Of a stretch of 64,000 bases of DNA, positions 42,021 through 56,867 are shown one piece after another. The position numbers were made by a program, and so were the translations under genes. Below the pieces are notes generated by a model. It searched no databases and was not told where the DNA came from. It saw nothing but the letters and a program-made list of their open reading frames with translations. Numbering within the stretch: the first letter of the stretch is position 1; the number at the start of each line of letters is the position of its first letter. This stretch comes from Ramazzottius varieornatus. Its lineage: Eukaryota > Animalia > Tardigrada. The stretch lies in NCBI GenBank assembly GCA_001949185.1, contig BDGG01000010.1, forward strand, positions 1,249,773 through 1,313,772, given 5' to 3'.

Positions 42021-45000
42021 CTCGATCTCTTCCTTCGGATGATAGGTTAAAGGAATAAAATGCAAAGCTAAAATAAATTACACAGGAATATAAAGTAGAC
42101 GGTCACGTGAGGCACTGAGATGAGGCACGTGAGTACTTCTGGTGGCGAACCGGCAATTGAAATAATACTGAACAATAAGAGGATAAACGGATAGAGAATG
42201 ATAAAAGGTACGATGAGATAGCTTTTGCGGTTACGGAAGCTCCAAAAACAAAGGTTAGCAAACAACGGTCGTGAAGAGTGAAATTACTCAAACGGTACTG
42301 GTAGCAAAAGCGTGCGACGTTTTATTCAATCAGCGGATGGCGCGCAAAAATGGCACAATTATTTCACTCACGTTACAAACCACGGCAATTCACTCTCAAC
42401 TCGACTGCACATCCACACCAACTAACTAAAAAGTCTTGGCTGTATGTCTTTGGCGTTTTATGTGCTTGCTTCGGCAGCAGTAGAGCCTTGGCCATTTATA
42501 TCTCCATCTTGTTTGGCCGAGTTATACAGCGCAGCTTCGATTATCTTCGATTGCTTCATACAGTCGGCGGCTGCCTGAACATCTTCCCTAGGTGTACTTC
42601 AACCAGATATTATGGCCCCCTAAGAATCGATATCCACACGCCCTATCTTCAAACGTTGCCTCCTTTCAAACCGGGAAGTTTTCTCCCGTCACGCGGGAAG
42701 CCGGCAGGCGACTATCAGACACCTACATACAACGAACCCCACTTTCAATGTGAGCGACGTGTATTCAGGTGAATGAGAGACAAGCAAACGTTCTCTATTA
42801 TAGCGTGCGATGAGCTAGTGAGTTTCTCGTTCGATTCTCGCACGGAAGCCGGGACAGCTTGCTGTATACCGTATAGTACTAGTACGAGATAATTTGAAGA
42901 ACCAACGTGGACGGTCGTTAAAAATATCGAGGGCGGACTTCCGAGATGAATAGATTTCCGCCTATCTTGCAAAGTGTCGCTTTGAAACATATCAATCAAT
43001 TTCTACATACACTGTTCGCGCTGCTCATTTTCATGTTGCTACAGTACGGAGCTTTGAACACGAAAGTCGATCGGGAAACTGCACCAAGTAACGAATTTTG
43101 AAAGTCCATAATTGCCCCGACAATCCTGATCGTATTTCCTCGTGGAAACTACGTACAGGCGCCTGATACGTCATTGTGCTCCTCAAAATAATATTCACCA
43201 TCATCTGAAACCAGAAAAAGCTGTTCCAGTTAAATATGGGATTCTTTTCGCGTAGACACCATGTTTGTGCATAGGGTTTTCGAAGGTATCTCCGTACAGT
43301 TACGTGGCATCGTAGAATGGTATTGTCACGCAAAGTATCTTGTGAGGTCTTTGCTGATATGTGCTTAGTTTTGTCGCAAAAAGTACGCTAGTTTTTGATG
43401 AGAAAGTTTGATGTTGATTTAGACTCGTAAAACTTCAACATAAACACATAATAACGAGCCTAGCAGCGGAGGACGTAAGACGTTTTGGTTCTTTCCTGCT
43501 TTGTCTTTTCGCATACCACGTTGAATCGTCAGAAGTTTTTATTGCTATCTCAGGTGGAAAATACCCTGAGCCGGTTGAAGCGTCACGACAGTTTAGAATG
43601 AGCTCTAAAGACGCGGTCTTCCAAGGACTGTGGCTTCATACTTTCGAGTAGTCAGTTTTATAGCTGTGAAATGTGTATATCGCCCTGGAAGTCTGCAATG
43701 AACAAACGGAGATATGGATCATAAACTCTCCAAGGAAAATCAAAGAAAATTCCCCGGCTACCGATACGCCTTTCGCTGCGATAAGCAAACATTAGAAATG
43801 GCTGCTTTTATCTCCCGGTGCAGGGCAGCATCCTTTTCCGCCGATAAAACGGCACCAAAGGTGTCCGTGTAAGCCATAAACTCTACTCCGAGCCCATCTT
43901 GATAAGGTGCCACTTTCATAAAAATAACAAGACAGAATCCTAACGAAGCGTAACTTATGGCTGTCTGGCCCTCATTGTGTTAAATTGGATTACCGCGCTG
44001 ATGGAAAACGTCATGTACTGACATGCAGAAACCTTTCCGTCACTGCGACTGGGTCGCTGTCCATTTTTGACGACGCAAGCAAACCTGCATACACATCCAG
44101 CATTCGATTATGTACATTCGCAGTATACAGGTTCGCGAAAGTTCTGCCGATCGTTGCCGCCTTATCGTACGCATCTCGAAATATCGTTAGCCAGAAACCA
44201 ATCTAGCTGTTCCAAGTTTCCCTAATAATCCCTTGGCATGCCAAGATTCCGTCTCGGTACGCGGCGGAACTTAGAGACAATTCGGTGTACTCCGTCAATG
44301 TCGGCCATAAATTACAGGCGCACCACTCGTGCCCATCCCGCCTTGTCTTCACCCATCGTTCCGCAGCGCAAGATGCGCCGGATAATGTCAATATCTGCCA
44401 CAAAAGAATTCAATCATGAAGAGTTGAACTCGGCGCCACTTTGAACTTGACTCACGCAACAATCTAATTTCTCCTCCTTCCCAGCATATCACTTAATCTT
44501 CACAAAAAATCACCAAACAAGGTCAGATACTACAAGCAATCCCTCCTGATTGTTCCATCAAAGAGTTGAGCAAACCCTTCTGCGTCGATTGAACATACGA
44601 AACGACCTGATGCGAGGCAATTTCGCTGGAGAACTCCACGCCCTGTTTCACCAGCCTGCGTACAAGGACCCAGTGTAACCGTATGAACACATTGCATGCA
44701 GGTTCCCGATGTCATCACTGTATTATCCGATAACACTTTTAGCTATGCAATAAGTTTTATTCTATACTGTAATGTATCTCAGAATAATCTCAACATGCTG
44801 AAATCGGAATTTGAAACTTGAATGTAACCACGACGGAACCAGTTTCGGTCATGCAAAGTGCCATCACAGCTGCTACGAACCTTTCAATAGACCTTTGAAT
44901 ACCTCCCTGCTTTGGGTCTCATATCTTAGGACAACTATCACCTGGATCCATTAACAACCTAATAAAATACCGCCAACATGCCAATGTTAAAATCTAAAAC

Positions 45001-45078
45001 TATAATAGGGAATGGCACAGCCATGCATGCTAATCTTTCCTGAAACATCACCTCGGAATGAGCACAGTACCGTAGTGT

Positions 45079-48000
45079 TTAGCTCCAAACGTCCGACGAG
45101 TAACGTCGCTGCGACTCCAACTTCTTCACGAACGCTTGTGCATCCGCCAGACTCTTCTTGCCGTAGGTCTCCACGATATGGATGATGACTTCGTGGACAT
45201 CCCTCGCCATATTCCGAGCATCCCTGAAGAACAGACAAGTACTGTAAGGTATCTCACAGCAAGAAGCATTGGGAATGTATATCGCCCATACCCGCAAACG
45301 TAAATGTGGCCGCCCTTGTCCAAGTAGGACCAGACTTCTTCTCCGTTCTCTCTCAGCATGTGCTGGACGTAAATTTTGTTCGGTGAGTCTCTCGAAAAAG
45401 CAGTGTAGAATTTGGTCAACGATCCACGTGACACGTACTCCTCCATTTCATCCCGGTAGATGAAGTCCTCGGCTTTACGACGACATCCGAAGTACAACAC
45501 GGTTTCTCCCACCGGCTTACCTAAAACGGAAGAACCGACTGCCTTCTAAATTTCCAATAATTTCTGGTATCAACTGATTACCTTCTTTCCTCATTAGGTC
45601 GCGTTCTTGAATGAAACCACGAAACGGCGCAATGCCGGTTCCCGGGCCGATCATGATTACTGGCGTGAGGGTCTTGAAAGGCAGGCGGAACTGTGAGCGA
45701 CGAACGAATATGGGAACCATGCAAGGACCAGCTGTCAGGTCCATGTTCTTCAACCAGGTGGTGGTTACACCATTATTGACACGACCTGTGGGCGTTGTGT
45801 ACTGGACGACCACAGCGGTGATATGGATCGAGTTGGGGTACAGCTTCGGGGAGGACGATATCGAGTAGTAGCGAGCTTGCAGACGGGGTAGCATCTCGCA
45901 CAAGTGATCCGGTGGCGGCTTGACAGACGGAAGGTCTTCCAGGATGGCCACAATGTGTCGGCAGTCTTTGAGAACCCATTCATTGTAGGCAGCCTGTAAG
46001 AAATCATTCTTTAAGAATATGTAACACCGATGCAGCGCTATTGCACAACAGCTCCCCGAACGTTCCCGTTTTCACTGCCCGTCTATTATACGTTACTTGG
46101 CTCAAAAGTCGTTCAAGATCTAGCACATGGTTATGTTATTTTCGCGCTTTCTTAATAGTCTTCCCGCAGGCACCCATGCTGATTACCGAGCCGGCCCTGA
46201 AGCTACGTACACTAAGAACTGAAACTTCGGCAAGAAGGGAACAAAGCGAGAGGTGACTAGACTACTTCGGATCTGAAGGATTAATTAAAACGTGTGGTTT
46301 AACTGAGCTATTCATACAAATTGATGCAACGAACTTAAGCTGTCTGACGACCATCGTGAAGACTTGTCGTACCTTTCCTTCGTCTGACCGGGACGCCATG
46401 AACCTGAGACGTTCTTTCTCTTCCGGGTCGTTGGCATAGTCGGACAGTTCCTTCAGGATGTGCGTACGAACCGGGGTTGTGATGTCGATGTAGTACGTGA
46501 AAGCCGTGCGGTACGAGCAGGGGCAGGGGAATGGATGCTTCTTGCTGGAATCCTCTGCAACGATGTGAACACGTATAGGTCAAAAGCTAACACAATGACA
46601 GAATGATGCAATGACATTGTGGTCCAAGAAATGTGGTCTCACACCATACCGTCGAGGTTTACAAGGGAGAATAGGTCATCAAGGTTGATATTTAACAGTC
46701 TGCCAATCTGTTCCACGAGTGCTGAGTCATTGGCAGGATAGATGGCCACATGATCACCTGCGTCGTATCTGAAAGTACACAGATAATTTACATTTGACAG
46801 ATAGTAAAAAGTCGCAGTTAAGAAGTTTCATTTCACCGTCGTGAACTTTGCATTTGTTATCGTAGAATGTGCATGCATGGCCGTTAGAGATATCAGTGTT
46901 ACTGTTACGTGGACAAAGCGACAGTTTCAAACCTTAGTTTAGAACCGGTGATATCAATCTCGATATGCAAACAGCCACGATCGCCTCCAACGTGCAACTC
47001 ACGCTTCGCAGTAATCGGGGCTAAGAAGGGATTCTTGGCATCGAACGGCCTGCAACCGGAAGTGGCTATGACAGATGTAGTTAGTCAATCGTACACGTTT
47101 TACCAACGTATGTAAAGATCAACAAAGAAAAGCTCTGATACGCGCAAATTCAACATACGGTCGTTGAGTTTTGAGGGAGTTCAATCGAGCAGGTTCGCCG
47201 TGGAACACTTTCTCTTCCGGAATATCCCCCGGAATGACCAGCTTATACTGACGCGAGTTGGTCTCCTCGCTGTTCTGTTCAAGGCCGAAGTGCTCACATA
47301 CGGCCGGCCAGAACTTGTCCTTCCACGTGATGAAATCATCTTCAATACTGCGAAAGAAAGCAATCCAAACATGAAAGGCACAGGGTTATAACGAGAGTAC
47401 GCAAGGGTTTTCCCCCTACTTTGCGTCGTCGTCTCCCAGCCCAAGTTCGAAGACGCGCGTTGCACCCATGTCAGCCATTCTTTTGTCGATGAGCTTTCCG
47501 AACGAGTTGAAGTGTTCATACGTCTTGTTGCCCAATCCGAAGACTGCATAGTTGATCCCCGAAAGATCCGTCTCACCGCTTTGGACCCAGTCATGCAGTT
47601 CCTGAGCGTTGTCCGTAGGGTCGCCCTCTCCATATGTCGCTACGCAGAAGATCACTAGGGAGTGCTCAATATCCTTTAGCTTCGCGATATCTTCCATATC
47701 GTACTCTTCCGGATCGGCCACCATGCCTTTTAAACCGAAACGGACGGTGTCTTTGGCCAGTCGAGTGGAAAACTCTTCGGCAGTTCCAGTCTGACTTCCG
47801 TAAAACACGACCACGTTCTTTCCCTATGTAAGAAATCACGTGTAAATTCACAGTATTCTTCATGACAGAGCAGAACAGTACCGATGATTTCATCTTTTCC
47901 ACAAATCCACTCGTCGACGCAGTACTTTGCGTGTTCGGTCTGTGAAAAGGCAGGTGTGTGAAGTGCCGTGTAGAGGAAACAGTAATTGGGGGAAGATACC

Positions 48001-48218
48001 TACATGACGGTTAGTCTTGCAGCGTTCACATTAGTCGTGCTGCTGTTCCGTCGATTATACAGGAAAAATACAGCCGCCACCAGACATGCGGCTACGACAA
48101 TGTAGTCCAGCACCGTGAAAGACAGCGCGGAGGTAATTTCGGGGATTACAGAGGTGTCGGGAGATGCGTTGGGGAGCTTGATGTCCGCATGGATTGTCGC
48201 ACCTGTGGATTCGGCCAT
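45079..48218 (-). CDS. por: NADPH-cytochrome P450 reductase, multi-exon
   Basis: N-terminal TM anchor, VFYGSQTGTAEEF, ATYGEGDPTDNA, LQARYYSISSS, MIGPGTGIAPFRGF, LYFGCRR, HIYVCGDARNMARDV, RYSSDVWS*. Confidence 0.98.
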
Positions 48219-49402
48219 GGTCAACGGTAGATTACCTGTCCGACACTCAGAAACCGGAACGTCCCTTCTGTCGATAAGGTATCCTTTTCCGTCTTCCCAG
48301 CCGATGCTGTCCCACGGGTTTCTGGAGCCTGCTAAGACGTCGATGACAGTTTCCAGCAGCTATAATCGAGCCTTACATAAGCCAGGTTGTCAGATTAGGC
48401 TATTAAGGTCGTTTTGCAGAACTTGAATTTTAAAATTCAGAATCAATCAGCTGTTGTCTGGCCCTAAAGTGGAATGACATGGATTCACTCCCTGTTACCT
48501 GCTAAATTGCGTTGGACAAGATGGCATGGCATGCCGAGGTTGCTGAAAGGACTACTCCACCAACCCGCTGGACGGGCATAGCGCCAAGTGCTGTGGGAAT
48601 CTGGATCGTTTGGTTCCTTCTGTTCCCCTGCGTAGTGCATGGTGAACTGGACCGTGTAACCTCGACTGTGTTGTTGTTCGAATTCAAAATTAGCACAATC
48701 AACTGGTACTTTTGGAAACTCCACTCCGAGATTAGGTTCTTTATGGACTTCTTCCTTCGAAACATTTCCGTCGACTAAAGTACGATCTGCTGATCTGGCT
48801 TCCTCTCCTGTTCATCTGACAAGTTCGTTCATCCCGGGTTGTGTCTGTGCTTGCGTAAAGTGCAGGCGGAAACGGCAGTAGTCGTCGGTTGTGCTGATTC
48901 AGCGAGGATCGGCCAGAGTGCATTGCCTCCGTTAATCGCCCTTGACATCGAGAGAAAATTTCCCCAAGACCGTTGTTGCAGATCGAAAGGTACGTTTGCG
49001 CATTTCAGAACGTTAAATGATCATTGCTATTGCTGCCGATTGTTGGGAGAAGCGTGATTGACTGCATGTAGACTAACCGTGGTCGTTCGGAAGAAAAGAG
49101 GCATAGTTAGGCTAAGAATGGAGTTGTGTTTGTGGTTATTTAAAGCACCGTCTTTGTCCTGGGAATACCTTCACGTACACTACACAGGGCTGTTACCTGT
49201 TAGATTAGCTAACTCTGGAATCTTGCCGAGTAGTTAGAGGAGTTGAAATAGTGTGATTGGCGGAGATTGCGGCAATCGAATTATGGCTTTTGGGTTGTGT
49301 ATACATACGATGATGCATTTAGCCTTGACGCTGTTTTCCTGTTGCAGACTTCCGTACCCAAAATACTGACCGAGGTTTTCACGATTGGACTTCATCAAGG
49401 AC

Positions 49403-52400
49403 ATGTCTCGTGTTTTTACCCGTAGCGGCGGCGGACGCGGACCAACTGGCAACAATTCTGGCGGAAATAACAATGCTCGAAATGCTGGCAGTCGTGGGTC
49501 GAATGCTAACTCAGGTATGCGGAATACTTTACTAAAAAAAGATGGTCAGACTACAATATCACGCGCTCGACTTCATAGGCTCCGGAAATCAACGTGATCG
49601 TGATTGGACTAATCAAGAGCAAGAGAACTTCGAACCGTCTAGTTTGAAAGAAACCTCCCCTGCGCCGTCTTCTACTTTCTTGACTCAATCATCTTCCTCT
49701 GGAAACTTCCAACAACCGCAACCGAACCAGCAGCAGAACCAACAGCAACAGCAGAACAACTACAGCCAGCAACAACAAGGCGGTAACAACAACCAGCACA
49801 CAAACAACTCTAACAACCGTGACCAACAAAACCTGCAGACTCGTCATCAACCTTCACGCGCACTCTACCAACCCAAGCCGCGGGGAAACTCCGAACGAGG
49901 TGGTGGCCGTGATCAACGCGGTGGTGGAGGAGGAGGACAGTACAACAACTACGACAGTTTGCAGAATAAAGGCGACCGGGACAACTCCAACCGTCAAGGT
50001 TAGTTAGAGTCGAAATCACGGTTCGTTTAACGAAAGTAGTACATTGACGGTAGATGATATCTTCACAGGAAACCAAAAGCAGGGTTCGTACAACGCAGGT
50101 CCACGCAATGACCAGCGTCAGCAACAGCATCCTGTGCACCAGCAGAAGCGACCGGTTCCTGGTCCGAATACAACTGGTCAACCCGGTGCCGCGAACGACA
50201 CGGCGGTACAACCTCAACAGCCTCAACAACAGACACAGCAGAGAGGCTATGACCCGGTTTCTTCAAGAGAAACGTCCAGCATCGACACGAACGATGGAAG
50301 TTCCACAGGGCAAGGTCCGCGAAACGATGAAGGATCTGGAGGGTCTCAACGCGGAACCTCGCGGGACCCAAAGGAGAATTTGGTGAATCAGTTTCCCAAG
50401 GTCAACTTCGGGAACCCCCCTCCTCAAGGTATTTTCGTAAACCCAGACTTACATAATACACAGTTTGAGGCTTGACCAGTCGACAAACAAAAATGTTACA
50501 TGCAAGAAAGCCGAAAAAATAAAAAAACCCTGTATAAGATCACAAACCTGCATACACGCAGATATACATGTGCTTTCGGTGAAACGTATGCAGGTACATG
50601 AAAGTTTGGGAAATAAGCATGTTTGTCGATGTAGGTGGCTTGAATCCGCGACGCGATCAGAAGCCGGATCCCAACCAACATAACCGCGGAACTTCTCAGC
50701 CGTCTCAGCAGGAAAAGCGTGATCGTGAATCTCCGAACATCCAGGCGAAACCACGGGCTGACCAACACAGGCAGTCGCCGGCCGCAGCGCTACCACAGCA
50801 GCAGCATCAACAGCAACAGTCTATGGTGCAGAACCAGCAGCAACCACAGACTGGTATATCACAGCAGCAGCAGCCGAAGCCGAGAATGGATCAGAACAGA
50901 CAGCAGCATCAGAACACTTTCTCCGTGTCTGATACCTTCTCGAAGTCGCTGGATGAGGTTGAGAATGACGAAGGTGGCATGTCGGTTTTCACTCGAAGCT
51001 TCAAGAATGGTGGTCATATGGGTAACCTCCTTCAACACTCGTCCTTCGACGAGAACCCCATGAACATGTACTCACAGAAGTCTCGGTATTTGCCGGGTAT
51101 GGGCGACTTTGGTCATCAAGACAAGAACGACCGTAGCTTCGAGTCGAGTTCGCATGATAACGGCGACATCTTCTCCGGCAAAGATGTCTTCTGGAGAGGC
51201 GCTGACCGAGAGGAGAAGCGCGACATGTTCATCAGGTTAGTATGTGATTTTACAATCTTTGCTTTCCTTTTTGAAGTTAACACTTTCAGCACGATCGTTT
51301 TCATGTTTGCAGAATACTACCGTCCTCTTTGTGTATACAGGAATTTTATTGGCTGGTACCGTGTTGCAGAGGCTGATCCAAACTATAGGCAATTTTCGAA
51401 ATTTCAAAATTCGGATACTTGGCAGGCCATGAACGCCAAATCTCAAAAGGGAGAACTGCTCGTCTTGATTTTCTTCTGACCGCACTGATGACTACAAAAT
51501 TTATCCCAGGCTCGGCTTCGATAGATAAGACTGTCCCCAGTGCTCCAGTGTTTTTCTAAGCGAATACCGTGCACGTGTCTCGCGCGAAGAGACGAGACCA
51601 AATTTCACCAAAACCACACGAAACCACACGAAAATTTCCAGCGTGCTGGGGTTCTACTGACCGCTGGTCATTAGTGTTGCTTTGGTGAGAAGACCGAGGT
51701 ACATGCAAAGAAAAAGACCCAGACCCGAAAGACCAAAAGCTAAAACTGGGAGGTGAATAAAACTGAGTGATTGTGTACACAAAGAGGACGGTCGTACGCA
51801 GAGTGTTAATTGGGGAATTGGCGAACAAACTCGACAAGAATGTTTTTCCGAAGTGGCGCACGTTTGAGGGTTTTGTAGCTGAAAGCGTGCGCCACTTGGC
51901 AAAATGGTCTGGTCGAGTTTGATTGTCTATGTTTCCATTCCTGTTCTGAGTTTGCTATGTTTTTCCAGAGATGAGCCGTCTCCGGTAATAGCCAATTCAA
52001 TGATCTGGTCTAATCAGTCCTCGACCACATCGCTACCGCATTCTCAAGCCGACTCATCCCGCTATGTCCGACCGTTAGTGTCTGGTCCGTTTGGGCTGGA
52101 GCATGGTGCTTTCACCACGAATCTCGGATCGTCTTCCGTCATGGACCCTTCTCATTTGGTGGACAGTGTGAGTGTGCATCAGAGGCTGATGCAGCAGCAC
52201 ACCATTCCCATGAGTCCCTTCCTGTCCAACACGCAGATGCCCGAGCGAATGCTTCCGGGAGCTGACCGAATGGGTCCCATGTTCTCACAACAGCCACTCG
52301 GTGGAGGCCTCATGCAACCCATCAGAATGGGCTTCCATCCTCAGCCTCACTTTTCAGGTATGCACACAAACATTCAGAAAGAAGGAAGGGCTCATCTTTT

Positions 52401-55400
52401 CAATTTAACAAATGGTAATGTGTTGACGACGATGAAGTACAAGTCCACGTTCATCCGACGCGCAGTTGGCGAGTCATATGCCGTACACAAAATATTTTCG
52501 TTCAGTGTCGCCATTGGTCTCACTTCCTCACTTCCTGCTTTATTTGATATCGCTCGATATTGACTTAGATTATTATAAACTGGGACCGCTCACGAAATTC
52601 TCATCAGAGCATTGGTTTTTCTTAGATTCCTTCATGCAGCCCAACATGAACCGCGAACAGGGAAGGACGCCCCTGCAACAGCAACAACAGCAACAACAGC
52701 AATCAGCGAATGGCTTTGGACAGCAGAACCCAGTCTTAGGGAATATAGGTGCGTCACTGGCTGTGCAGCCGGCACAGACCAGGTCTCCGCAGACTATAGC
52801 GCCTGTCCAGACTCCGGACAAGAACTGGGGGTGGGAGGAAAAATCAGCGGCGCCTGAACCGGAACCACAGGCACCACCGAAACCGGTTGAACCTGTCGAA
52901 GACTTGGGGTATGAAAATCGTCTGGTCTAAGAGTACGGTGTCTAAGTTCCGTTTTGCAAGCCCAGAAGGTAAGTTTTTCTTGTTGCAGTGAATTCAAAGT
53001 TCCTTCGATGAAAGGACCAAAGACGTTCGAGAACATCTGTTCGCACGTCGAAGAACTGAAGAAGGCCATTCAGGAGAGGCTGAAGGAACACATCAACAAG
53101 CCTCATCCCGAACGATTTGGTCGGGTCGAGCATTTGTGGTGCGAAGCTGTTACCATTATGCTGATACTGTAGTAATCAGTGGGGTTAATAATGAAGTATG
53201 TCTGCTTGTAGCTACGCTCTGTGGAACGCGGTCCGTGACGCCATCTTGCTGGACAGTGTCCAGGCGTGTGATAAGAGCCGAGAGCTGGACAAAGTAGCGT
53301 GGAGGGACGGCTTCTACCCCATCTTTGAATACTTGAGGGACTCAAGCAAAGCACCCAATGGAACGTCTGTTGCGTCTATCGAAGAAGCGCTGAAGGTTTT
53401 CATCAGAAGGGTAAGCAGTGGCTCCGACCGATAACTTGACTTCGATGGTTAATTCAAGTGTCCTTATTGTACTGATGGTTCGTTATAGGGTTTGAAGTTC
53501 TACCAGGACCTGATTCCAAAAGTCTTGCATCTCTTCGGTGGGTCTGTGACGCCTCACAACCTCGTCAAGGCCTTGACAGCCAGAGGCCGGGGTGCTCCCG
53601 AACCGCATACGCTGATCACGCTGCAGCTGGCTGAACGACTGCACTTCCATATGGGAGATGTGTACCGATACTCGGCGGAACTTCCTCACTCAGACACGAC
53701 GAATGATCTAAGAAAGGCGAAAGAGTAAGATATTACTGGTGATGTTTCCCTGAGTAGCTCATGTAGATTTGTGTAGCTGCTGGTAGGCTTTTGTATGTCA
53801 GATAGGAGTTGCCGTCCAAGCTAATCTTTGTATGTATACAGATGTTACGAGAAAGCACGTCTTCTCAGTCCGTATCAAGGTGCGCCCCACGCTCGACTGG
53901 CCATGATTGCCAAACGACAGAAAGAGCCACTGGAAGCAACCTTCCACGCTTTGTGCTCCATGTCGGTCAAGATCCCCAGTTCAAGTGGCGCAGGCAGCCT
54001 CAGTGGTTTGCTTACATCGATCGAAAAAACTGTAAGTACCGTTTGACCAGTATTTCGCTGCCAATATGTACTACTGTACGCATGTTGTTTTCTTTGCAGT
54101 ACGAAACCAAGAAGTGGGCCGAGGACAAAATGCCCAACTGGAGCGACATGTCGCCGAACGACGTGGGTTTCGTTTGACTGATGTCACTCGGGCGAGCAAG
54201 CGTTTATCGTTAAATCATGATTGTTTGTGTTTTGCAGCTGAAACAGCGGTTCCGAATTACTTTCCTCGCATTCCATAGCGCACTGTATCACAACAAAATC
54301 AAAGAGTAAGTTCGTCTGCAACAGCGAATCTCAGCAAAACTAGTAGTCGTAAGAGATTTCCTTCACAATTGATGTCGTTTCTTCTAGCACACTACTCGCT
54401 ACGCAAGGCATCCAAATTTTGGGAATGCTGGATGCGGTGTTGAATCAGTCTCTTTCATTGCGCTTGCGTGACGATCTGCTGCAGATGATGGCCATCAACC
54501 TTTGCCGACTTCATGCCATGCAGCCAGACAGTACGTGCATTTTCTTCCGGAACCCGTCACATAATCAATGCTCTAGATGTTCTTGTCTTTCGCTTACAGC
54601 TCACGGTCAGGCCTTCTTGCTCGACTTGTCTTTCAACATGTTCGACATCATCCTCATCCGTCTTCTTAGCATCTTCGAGAGCGCCCCCGATTTAGATTCT
54701 GCCAACCACCTGGAAGACACCAACATCCTGTCACCTTCTGTCAAGGTCTTCGTCGAATGGATCCAGTCTTCCTATCAGAAGTGGTTTCCACTCAGCCCAT
54801 CTCTCCTGAGCGCACCCAAAGAGTAAGTCTGTCAAATCACTTCCATTCCTTGAATCCGAATCGACGTCACGGTTTTTCTACATACGTGGTCGTGTTTGCA
54901 GTACTAAACGCCTGGGAATGTGGACCAGACTCGTCTCGTTGGTCAACTTATCCCTTACTCTCCACGTTGCTGGCGTTTCGGAAGAACGATTTCAAGGTAT
55001 GTCTGATTGAAATTCACAAGTGCGGGGAAGTGTTGAAAATCATCTGGCAGGGTTCTAAAGTTTTCTCATTCTGTAGATTCACAACCGGAAAAGCTTCACG
55101 AAGACTTGTTCCTTGCCGGCATGGAGAACGTCCACCCGACACTCACCATCTTCTACCGTGAGACTCGCTTGCATGAGGTACGTGTAATAACTTTCGTCTT
55201 GCCCATTAAAGTGATGGCCTACATCATGCAGCCTGGAATATCTTGGTTGGTGTATTAGGCTATTGCGGAACCTCGATTCCGCTTCAAGAAGATGCAGTCG
55301 CTGGGGCCTGTCCTCCTGTCTTCAGTTCCTCCCGTGGCACGCTTACAGTGGAATCGGTTCCTCCCTACGGAGGCCTTCATGGACAAGAACGTGAAGGCAC

Positions 55401-56867
55401 TGTGGGCTCCGCTGGAACCACCGCCTTCACAGCCCAAGCTGGAACCTCTACCTACGCTGATGGATCAGAAGTCCCGCGAAGTTTTTGCTCCTGTCGTATC
55501 TTCCATGCCACCCATGCAGCTGGACCGACAGGATACTGCCCGAGGATGGAAGACCGCGCAGGCTCCTGTCAACGAGGCCGCCGAACATAACTGGCCTTCT
55601 TTGGGTCAGTCATCCAAGCTTCTCACCGAAGAACGACGCGAACGGGTCAGTAAAACTTGAGCACATCACATAGGAAATCTTCTGCAGAAAAACATTCAAA
55701 AGAATTTTGGATAATGAAAAGCGGAAGATCAAATTACAGGTCGACAAACGAACCGCACAAGATCGATATCTCAAGTGGCGCATGTTTTCACTGTTATATG
55801 GTGGGGGCTTGCGTCACTTGAGAACTAACTGAATCTTTCGTGTGCCGGCCTCCCACATACCCAATCAGTAATAAAGTTTTTCTTACTGTATACTGAAAAC
55901 CTCTTCTGTAGTTAAAGGGTAACTGATTTATTTTTATATAACAGGCCAGGACAGCGTCGACGAACTCGACCGGAACTGAGGACGGTGCCAGTCGTGGTAC
56001 GCGGAACGGCGACTCGTACGGTAATTCCGGCCACGAGTCCAGTCGAAGCAGTGTTGATCCGTGGTGGCTATTGGACAAGCGCCTTCGATCGAATGACAGT
56101 GTTCAGCTAAAGTCGAATGGCCCGGACCCTGCAGAGAGAAAGGCACCTCGACTGGAGGAGTCCTCCAAGCTGTATTATTTGGTCGACACGAACTGTTTGA
56201 TTGATTACCTGGGCGGGATCGAGAAGAAGGTGATGGAGAATGATGACTTGGTCATACTTGTTCCCGGTACAGGTAAGAGAGACTTCTGCTGGAATATCGT
56301 TGACATTCCTGGGACTAATATGTTGTGTTCTTAGTTTACCGAGAGTTGTACAAGCTTCACACTAACAAGAATCTGAAAGCGCACAATGCGTTGAGCTTCA
56401 TCAGCGACTCGATGGAGCATCATAAGGGACGCGTTCTGGTCATCACTGCGAAGGGTGAACAGATTCCTCATGCCCAGTTGGCCAAGCGGGAAATGGTCGC
56501 TGAAAGGGTAACTAGATTACTTTTTCGGTTATCTGTCGAACTGTTGACTGAAGGGAATCTCTTTGCAGGGAAGTAACGACGATGTTATCCTGAAGACTTG
56601 TCTGACTTTGCAAGAGAAGGGTTTAGTCAACCCTGACGGTCAGCGGGAACCTTCGCGTCGTGGAGGTATGGTAGCTTCTCGTTTGCTCTGTGTGACAGTG
56701 AGTCGGTGATGGGTGAGAACTGCTATATAACATCTGTGTACGTTCCAGCGGACTATGGTTCGTGGAGAGGCACTTTGTATTTGTTGACTTCCGACACGAA
56801 CATGCGCTTGAAAGCGAAGAAGGAAGACATCTACTGTGCGCCCGTAAATGAGGTTTTGGAGAAGTGA
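49403..56867 (+). CDS. smg6: SMG6/EST1A-like NMD endonuclease (Q/N/G-rich N-terminus, EST1 TPR-like domain, PIN domain)
   Basis: EBM-like PSRALYQP; MGDVYRY, CYEKARLLSPYQGAPHARLA; PIN motifs LVDTNCLIDYL, VPGTVYREL, NDDVILKTC, LLTSDTNMRLKA with acidic catalytic residues retained. Confidence 0.8.
51808..51939. mobile_element. Palindromic mini-element copy in SMG6 intron
   Basis: AAACTCGACAAGA..AAGTGGCGCACG / CGTGCGCCACTT..TCTGGTCGAGTTT. Confidence 0.78.

Noticed and set aside
43778-43908. Four GATAA motifs as an RBM24 enhancer
   Set aside because: Short motifs, only two match WGATAA; cannot be distinguished from chance.
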